A stretch of DNA of 64,000 nt from the human T2T-CHM13v2.0 reference genome, Homo sapiens: assembly GCF_009914755.1 (NCBI RefSeq), contig NC_060939.1. The stretch is one strand, 5' to 3'. Both the position numbers and the translations under genes were made by a program. Below the pieces are notes generated by a model that saw nothing but the letters and a program-made list of their open reading frames with translations, made no database searches and was not told the origin of the DNA. Shown here piece by piece: positions 55,458 through 64,000 of the stretch; positions within the stretch are counted from its first letter, which is position 1; every line of letters starts with the position of its first letter.

Positions 55458-56593
55458 TTAAGTTCTTAAAACAGCTAAAACAGTGTTTACCCAAGTCTTA
55501 TACATTTTCAAAAGGGCAGTTAAGGGTTATCTTTTACTATTTTCCACCTTCAGAAGTGCTTTTGTTTGAAAGGAGGGAGGAAAAGCTTCAATTGAGATTA
55601 AGTCCTAATGCCCCAATTTTGATTCTCTCAGCTTGCTCAGGCGCAGAAGGTAAACATGAAGTTTTCAAAGGTGGAAGGATCCTGAGAGATAGCAGAATAT
55701 GCCTGCCATATAATAGGTGTCTGGCTTATGTTTGATGACTAAACGGATTGAAAGAATGGATAAACATAGGTTGGAAGTTCAATATTTTTAAAAGAAAACT
55801 CCTGTTGAGTAGAGCAATACATTTGCGATAGTAACGATCATTTATATTTGCTATTTTAGTTTTCATAAATATATAACTAAACTAAAATAATTAATCCATA
55901 CTATTTACACATCAATCTATATATAATAAGATGTATACACAATAAAATCTACCAGAAGAGGTAAACAGAAGCCCTCTACTTCTGAAGAGGGTAAAAGTTC
56001 ACAGAAGATAGCCATCCACAGGTATAAAAATAAATAATAGAATGTAAGAAATTATTTGTATCTATGCAAGTAGCATATTCCTTCTCTTCCCAAGGATTAT
56101 TTCATTACTAATGAAACTTAACTAAAACTTTGCAGATGTTCATTGCAGAAATCACAGATAAGAGAAAGGGAAAAACTTCACTTACAAATCCCCAGAAATA
56201 AGTTTGATTATATTTTCCACATATTTCCAGCTAACACAAGAGCAGATTCTATTTGTGTATATGTATAACAAACTGATTTTTTCTCACTTGATACAGCAAA
56301 GTACATCTCTGCATGCCGACATATCTCTGTATCTACTGACACCCTCAATGGTTACATATTATTCCATCCTATGGATGCACTGAAATTTGTTCATAAAATC
56401 TTTATATGAGTTCTTCTCAATACATGGCTATTTTAAGCAATACTAAGAAAAACAGCTGTGTCTGTTTCATATAGATATTTCGGTATAATGGAACAGATGG
56501 GTAAAAGGCATACACATTTTAAAAATGTGGTTCTTACCATCAAAGTGTCTATTTGAAAAGTCGCAGCAACTTAAACTTTCAGCAGGTATATAA

Positions 56594-56998
<405 letters not shown>

Positions 56999-57144
56999 TA
57001 GTCTTTCATTCCTCTTCTAACTTAAATTCCTTCTCTTAGCAGGAATGCTATGTTTTCCTATGTACACAGGTCACTGGTAGACATGCAAAAAAGTACCTTG
57101 CCCAATTTTAAATTGAGCTTATTTTATTATATCTGCATATATAT

Positions 57145-57438
57145 GCCGGTTTCAGTGGCTCATGACTGTAATCTCAGCACTTTGGGAGGCTGAGGTGGGT
57201 GGATCACAAGGACAGGAGTTCAAGACCAGCCTGGCAAAGATGGTGAAATCCCGTCTTGATTAAGAACACAAAAAATTAGCCAGGCATGGTGGTGGGTGCC
57301 TGTAATCCCAGCTACTTGGTAGGCTGAGGCAAAGAATTACTTGAACCAGGAACCAGAGTTTGTAGTGAGCTGATATTGCACCACTGCACTCCAGCCTGGG
57401 CTATGGAGTGAGAGTCTGTCTCAGAAAAATAAATAAAT
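57145..57438 (+). mobile_element. AluS
   Basis: Dimeric Alu, inverted relative to the copy 180 bp upstream. Confidence 0.88.
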
Positions 57439-58415
57439 ATTTGCACATATAAATAGGCATTTGTGTTTTCTTCTGGTACTTTTCTCCTTTTGTATCTTTA
57501 AAATTTTTAATCTATACTCCAGGAACTTATTTTTGTGACATAAAAATCTAGGTAGTTTTCTCCAAACAGCATGCATTTAATTTATGAATAATTCACCTTG
57601 TTTTACCAATATGAAACATCACCATTATCAAGTGCTAAATTCTTACATATATTTGGGTATTTCTGGATTTCCTATTCTGTTCTGTTCACTTATGTCTTTT
57701 CAGCTGTTAGTAAACAATTTGTGGAAATAACACACGCACATTTTGATATCTGCAAAAGCAAGTCTTTTTCCATTCTGTTACAAAAAATCAATTTATCACA
57801 ATGATAAAATACATCATGTGCAATTTAAAGACACTAAGACTTTGCTATTTTTATTTGGCTTATGTAAAAGTGATAAACACAGAAAAAGCTCACATCTTAA
57901 GAAAAACGAACCTTCCTATTCAAAGATATGAACCATACTTCCCATTTCAGTTTCCTTTTAAGGTTACTCAGTAAAGAACGTGTTTACATAGGGTACACAT
58001 CGATATAAAATCCATATTGGATTTTATTTGAAAAATATTTAGCCCAGAAGTTGATATATTATGGGACTTAGTTCTCAATATACACCTTTCTATAGTGTAT
58101 AGAACATTGTTTTAAAATGTGTACATTAAAAATAATCTGCTGCATCGACTTAATTTTGCGAGTTAAATCACTTTAAAACCGTCTATTAGTGTTCTATAAG
58201 GGAAATTATAATTGGATTGGAAATCAGCTAAAGTTTTGTTTTTGTGTTGCTGTTTATAAAGGGACCTGGGCCCTGACATCTCTGAGGTTTCCACACCCAG
58301 GGTGGTGTGGGGCCTGCGGAGGAAGAGAAAGCCTGGCTCCTCCCTCCCTGCGCCAGGAGGGTATGTCCCCATCATCCCCCCATGTCCCGCCTCCTCCCAT
58401 CCCAGGCCCGGTTAC

Positions 58416-58936
58416 CTCTTTTGCTTGTCCCTCTTGTTCATGTCAGTGTCCCTGAGCATGACGATGAGATCCTTTCTGGGGACTTTACCCCACCAGGCAG
58501 CTCTGTGGAGCTTGTCCAGATCTTCTCGACGGACGTGGTACCTCGGCTCCATGAAGGCGCTGTCGTCGTAGTCTCCCCAAGTGCCCACGTTGCTCTTGCC
58601 GCTCCCCCTGCAGCAGGGGAAGCAGTGACAGCACCACTTGCCCATCTTGCTCCTGAGTGTCTTCATAAAGGAGTTGTCATGGTCTCCAGAAGTGCCCACA
58701 TTGCTCGTGCCGCTCCCCCTGCAGCAGGGGAAGCAGTGGTGGCAACACTTGCCCATCTTGCTCCTGAGCGTCTTCATAAAGGAGTCGTCGTGGTCTCCAG
58801 AAGTGCCCATGTTGCTCTTGCCGCTCCCCCTGCAGCAGGGGAAGCGGTGGTGGCACCACTTGCCCATCTTGCTCCTGAGATCAAATGGCTTCTTCACAGC
58901 AGAGGCAGCGGGCATTGAACAAACCTCAGCCACCAT
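58416..58936 (-). CDS. POTEB: POTE coding exon 1 ([26 protein letters not shown]..., three 37-aa Cys-rich repeats, start of ankyrin region)
   Basis: ORF 58412..58936; donor AAGAG|GTAAC. The N-terminus matches POTEB-group proteins. Confidence 0.95.
58548..58880 (-). repeat. Three 111-bp coding tandem repeats (Cys-rich repeats)
   Basis: MGK start codons at 58867, 58756 and 58645, exactly 111 bp apart. Confidence 0.95.
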
Positions 58937-59039
58937 CTGCTTTTAACAGCCAGGGGAGGCCGGTAGTAGCGAACAGATCGCGTCTACCAACCAGTTTCAC
59001 CAACTAGCAGGAAACCCTGGGTTTCCAATCTGTTTGAAG

Positions 59040-59900
59040 AGAAAGGTCAATCCCAGCCAAAACTTGCCAAGCCCAGCAAGGGAGCCCAGCCCACCCCACC
59101 CAGGGAAAACCCACACCCACCCGGGGAAAGCCCACGCCCACCAGGGGGACCCCACGCCCACCCCAGGAAAGGCCAAGCCCCCCCTCCCAAGGAAACACCC
59201 AGCCCAGTCAAGGGAATGCCAAACCCAGCAGAGAAAAGGTCAAGTCCAGCAAAGGAATGCGAGGGAGGAAACGCCAATCCAAGCAAGAAACACCAGGCAA
59301 AGCTACTAACAGCCAAGCCAAGCTAGGAACGCAAGGCCAAGCGAGGAACGCGAAGCGAAGCGTACCCGTTACAGGTAAGCCAAGCCGTTATGCGCGTGCG
59401 GGGCGCGCGTGCGGGGCGCGCGCCTCAGACGTTATGCGGCGTGTGCGTGAGGCGTGCGCGTGTCATTGCACGTGGTCCAGGAAGTGGCCGATGTGTGCAA
59501 TCCGCGTGCGCAAGTCTTGGCGCCACAAATGTCAGTGACAGCCTTGCGTTACTGGCAAAGTTCATGGGAGTTGGCCCAGCTTTCTGGCCACTGAGGAGAG
59601 AAGCCTGTGGTGGGAAAAAGCCTCTTGAAGCAGGACTGGGGCTAGAGCGCCTGGAACTCGAGGATGCTGACAGCCTCCTCTGAAGAAAGCCCCCAAGACA
59701 CTAGTGGTGGCGCTGTTGCGGGTGGCCGCCGCTGCAGCTTAGAGCTCTGGTTGGCGGAGCTGGATGCAAATGGCCTCAAAATCTCCGAGCACAAGACGCC
59801 CACGGAGCCCAGGGCCTGCCTGAGGCGCCTTCCACACCTGCTCCTCCTTGGTCCGCACCCAGAACACAGGGCCATCAGCAACGGGGCACTCGGGGCCACA
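59040..59900 (-). promoter_or_regulatory. POTE CpG-island promoter / 5' UTR region
   Basis: CpG-dense core 59340-59525 with tgcgcgtgcg / gcgtgcgcg (NRF1-like), cacgtg and ggaagt motifs immediately upstream of exon 1. Confidence 0.7.
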
Positions 59901-60307
59901 GAATCGGGGCTGGGCTGCTAGCTCCTGCTGTGGTGCCCCCTGCCTGGTGTCCAAACCAGGGCCAACAGCTGTGGGGCTTCTGGCCCGGGGTGCTTCGCTT
60001 CACTGGCATGCAGTAGGGTTGAGGTGCAGGCCGCTGTCTCCAGGCCTGCAAGAGGGGGCTGGGAGGAGCACCTACCACTGATGGGGAGATGCAGGAAGGC
60101 ACCCCCACGTGCAGATCCTGGGAACAGGACACTGCCAGCACCAGGGAGCCAGATCGGAGCCTCCCTGGCAGCCTGTGAGCTGGACCCAGGCAGTGGCACC
60201 TCTACCCTCCTGCTGGGACCCTCCTGCTGTGCAGGCTTATGCAGCCAGGCTCCAGGCTGCTTCACCCATACTGCAGGTGCTTTGGTGTGGGAGGAAAAAT
60301 GCATTCT

Positions 60308-60650
60308 GGCCGGGCACTGTGGCTCACGCGTGTAATCCCAGCACTTTGGGAGGCTGAGGCGGGCGGATCATAAGGTCAGGAGATAAAGACCATCCTGGCT
60401 AACACGGTGAAACCTCATCTCTACTAAAAATACAAAATACTAGCGGGCATGGTGGTGGGCGCCTGTAGTCCCAGCTACTCGGGAGGCAGGAGAATGGCGT
60501 GAACCTGGGAGGCGGAGCTTGCAGTGAGCCCGAGATCGCATCACTGCAACCTGGGTGACAAAGCAAGACTCTGTCAAAAAAAGAAAGAGAGAGAGAGAGA
60601 GACAGAGACAAAGACAGAGACGGAGACAGAGAGACAGACGGAGAGAGAGA
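60308..60650 (+). mobile_element. AluY whose tail has become a (GA)n/(GACA)n repeat
   Basis: TSD gaaaaatg(c/g)attct at 60294-60307 and 60649-60662 brackets both the Alu and the microsatellite. Confidence 0.9.
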
Positions 60651-60879
60651 AAAATGGATTCTAAGCCTGGGACACCGACCTGCTCTTGCCAACAAAAGCA
60701 GAGGGGAAGCCAATTGCAAGTGCAAAAAAAAAGTTTTTATTTCAGTGGGATGAATGTCTAGGTGTGCAGTCACTGGAGTAAACGTCACTGGGACATGCTG
60801 TGTAATTCTTTGTGTACATTGCTGAGTTCTACTGCTAATGTTAGCCCATTGCATTCATGAAACTGGTAATTTATGACAT

Positions 60880-61950
60880 CCCTTTTTTCTTTATCATTAT
60901 TAGTTAAGGTTTGTCAATTTTATAGATATTTTCAAAGAACCAGCTTTATTTCTTTGCTTTTCTTTGTTGTTTTCTTTTGGCTGTTTCATTTATTTCTGCT
61001 CTTATCCTTATTATATTCTTTCTTATATTTGTTTTGATTTTATTTTGCTACTATTTTCTACTTTCTTGATGTGATAGCTTGAATTTTTATTTGAGAGATT
61101 TCTACTTTTCTATTATATATATTTAGTGAAATACATTTTCCTCTCAGCACTGACGTCAACTGTGTTAAATCAAGTTTGATATGTTGTATTTTTATTTTTA
61201 TTCAGTTTAATATATTTAATTGTTTCCCTTGAGACGTTCTCCTTAGAAGTGTGCTTGCTGTTTAGCACTATTCACAATAGCAAAGACATGGAATCAACCT
61301 AAATGCCCATTGGTAATAGACTGGATGAAGGAAATGCAGTACCCATACAACATGGAATACTATGCACCCATAAAAATGAAGGAGATCATGTCCATTGCAG
61401 GGACATGGATGGAACAGGAAGCCATTATCCTCAGGAAACTAATGCAGAAACAGAAAGCCAAACATCTAATGTTCTCACTTATAAGTAGGAGCTGAACAAT
61501 GAGAACACATGGACACAGGGAAGTAAGCAACACACACTGGGGCCTGTGGATGGGGGAGGGAGAGGGAGAGCATTGGGAAAAATCTCTAATGCATGCTGGG
61601 CTTAAACCGAGGTGATGGGTTGATAGGTAGGGAAAACCACCATGGCACAAATTTACCTATGTAACAAACCTGCACATCCTTCACACCTACCCCAGAACTT
61701 AAAATAAATAAAAATGTAAAAAAAAGAACTAAAAAAGTATGCTGTTTATTTTTCAAGTATTTAAGATTCTGCTGTTATTTTACTTTTTTATTTTTAATTT
61801 GATGCCATTTTGGCTGGAGGATACATTCTACAGGATTTCAGTTTTTAAAAAATTCTTAATGTTTGTTAAAATCCAGGATACAGTCCATTTTGGTTTATGT
61901 TCTGTGGGTACCTAAATGTTCTGCTGTATTCTGCTGCTAGGGGGTGGAGC
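60880..61950. mobile_element. Old antisense L1M interrupted by a sense L1PA 3' end (~61262-61725)
   Basis: L1M: ggtttgtcaattttatagatattttcaaagaaccagcttt. L1PA: gcactattcacaatagcaaagacatggaatcaacctaaatgccc...ccccagaacttaaaataaa. Confidence 0.8.
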
Positions 61951-63267
61951 CTGTTTTTTTCTTCTTTTTTTTATCTCCAGGTACAATTTGCCCTATGAGA
62001 CACCTGATATAGTAAGTAGCCCATCAGGTATCCAGCAGTAAAAACTAAATTAGTGGAAGGAAGTCCTGTCCCAACTGGTTTGACATATTGTGGCTGAATT
62101 TTTAGGTTTTAGTGAAAATAATAATGATGGCTTGATCTTCAAAGTTGTTTTTTTTTTTTTTACCATTTCCCAAATAGCTGGGGATTATTGTGGTGTAACC
62201 ACTTAAAACTCTGATGAAATGTGGAAAGAATTTCTTTTTCTAATTGATACTTTGTGAGTGCAACTACTTTGCATTGTGCAGAGAGAAAAAAATATATTCC
62301 AGGCATTCGCCAAATCAAAAGTGCATGAACAAGTCCCTAAATTTCTTCCTGTCCTCAGATTTCCACCATAAAGTTTCAGACCAAATAAAAAATTATTTTT
62401 TCACTAATTTTCTTTGAGGAAATGTAAGAGAAAAAAAAGAAAGAAACAAGTGTTTTGAAGGGTAGAATTTTGGCAATTATATGAGATTGTAAAATCCGAA
62501 TGTGGATTAGCTTCAACTCATCAAAGATTCAAGAACAGCTACAGTTCTAAGAATGAGCCAAAAAAAAATGGGTATGCATTGAGGGGAGGGAATTAGGAAG
62601 GGAATTTATAGCCATTCAGACATTTCCCAACATTAAGCCTTCATGAATTTTGCATTGGAAAGAAATATTTATAAATTAAGAAACTCAGTATCCAGTCCAC
62701 CCTGTGATAAATACTGCAATGTGCCCAAGCATTCCAATTTGAGTATGGCTTTGTGCTTTGCCAATCATAACAATGGGAGATAGAAGTAATAAGAGCCTGC
62801 ATGAAGCACTGTGCTAATGATAATTTTCCCAGTAAGAACAAAAGAGAGGCCATTACTTTTAAACATCATTGAATATAATCAAACACTGGGTAGGCTTGTC
62901 TGTATTTAGATTTTATAACTCTACGGTTATAGCTATAAAGTAAAAAAGACATATTATAAAATTTCTGTCATTAAGAAAAGTATTTATTATTACAAATGTG
63001 AATTTCTCTAGACGGTAAATTCTTTGGAATTAGTTGACTTCATGTAAGTTGATTTGTTCAGTAACACAGAGTAGACTTCTTGTAAATAGGAACAAGTGTG
63101 CATCTGATCAAGATCCACTATTTTCTTATATGTATATCCCTTTTCTGCCTTCCCTCAGAATACTATCTTTCACAAAACAACACACATCTCTTCCACCAAC
63201 TTCTCCCCAGAATATTGCATATTCGATCAGTGTCCACAAATGTTAGATACAGAATGTTAAATTACTA

Positions 63268-63332
63268 TTAGGTTCGCACAAATGTAGTTGTGATTAATGG
63301 CAAAAATCGCAATTATTTTTGCACCAACCTAA
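63268..63332. mobile_element. MADE1 mariner-derived MITE
   Basis: ttaggttcgcacaaatgtagttg...aatggcaaaaatcgcaattatttttgcaccaacctaa flanked by TA. Confidence 0.85.
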
Positions 63333-64000
63333 TAGTAACATTGAAACACAATATTAGTTATTCAACATCAGAAAGATCTTCCAGAACAGTCATCACCACA
63401 GATGGGCCAAACTATTATTTGTAGGGCACTGCAGTAAGTTAGAATTTTATCAAATTCATAAATTAATGGATATTTTGTTAAGGGATATGAACAGCCTGTA
63501 GTATAAATTTGAGCTATACATTGTTGGGAGAACAAAATAATAAAACGATATAATAGTAGCAATCAAGTGGTGACCTTTCTGTCACACTTACAATTTTCAA
63601 TGCACTTGTCTACTTATTATTTCATGTGTGGATGGGTTAGCTGAGTGGCGGGGCCATCAGATGTCATATATACAGATGACTCCCTTCTGTACACCATTCT
63701 GCCATTAGTTGATGTATATTTTACTTTTGCTTTTCCCTTCCCATTTCACTACTAGATAAAAATCCTAATCTTGAGTTCTAAATCACACCTAGTTTTACTC
63801 ATGTGTAGTTGTACCTGACAAAGAATTACACTACATAAATTCCATCCATTAGAGGTGTGGCCGAATGGACAGAAAACCATTAACATTGATTACTTCAGTG
63901 CATGTGGGATTGCAAATGCAGATGAGAAGGAGAAGATTTTTATTTTTTCTTTATATAAGTTTACCTTATGTATTCTAATGCAAGGCTCAAGTATCATTTA

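Noticed and set aside
58307-58946. 203-aa and 102-aa plus-strand ORFs
   Set aside because: Antisense shadows of the repetitive POTE exon 1.
63655-63668. ccatcagatgtcat also present at ~30019
   Set aside because: Only a 14-nt match with no extended flanking similarity.

Overview
Primate (almost certainly human) pericentromeric segmental-duplication DNA carrying a complete POTE ankyrin-domain gene of the POTEB type (POTEB/B2/B3 group, 15q11.2; no actin fusion) on the minus strand. I resolved 11 coding exons (58936 to 27969; 1746 nt = 581 aa + stop). All splice sites are in frame and one donor is GC. The 3' UTR is decayed ANKRD26-like coiled-coil sequence running into an old L1. That L1 holds the miR-3118 hairpin, which appears to be built from templated inverted insertions. 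Further downstream lie a 5.1-kb tandem array of ~640-bp units, each with ~105-bp inverted arms, then two CpG-rich blocks and a GRAMD4 processed-pseudogene fragment. One CpG block may be a decayed coiled-coil/Pro-rich/FH2-like (formin-type) exon; this is speculative. The introns contain a NOP58 3' retrocopy, a U6 copy and many Alu, L1, L2, MER and LTR repeats. Gene and repeat names come from recognition by eye, not database searches. Repeat boundaries are approximate.
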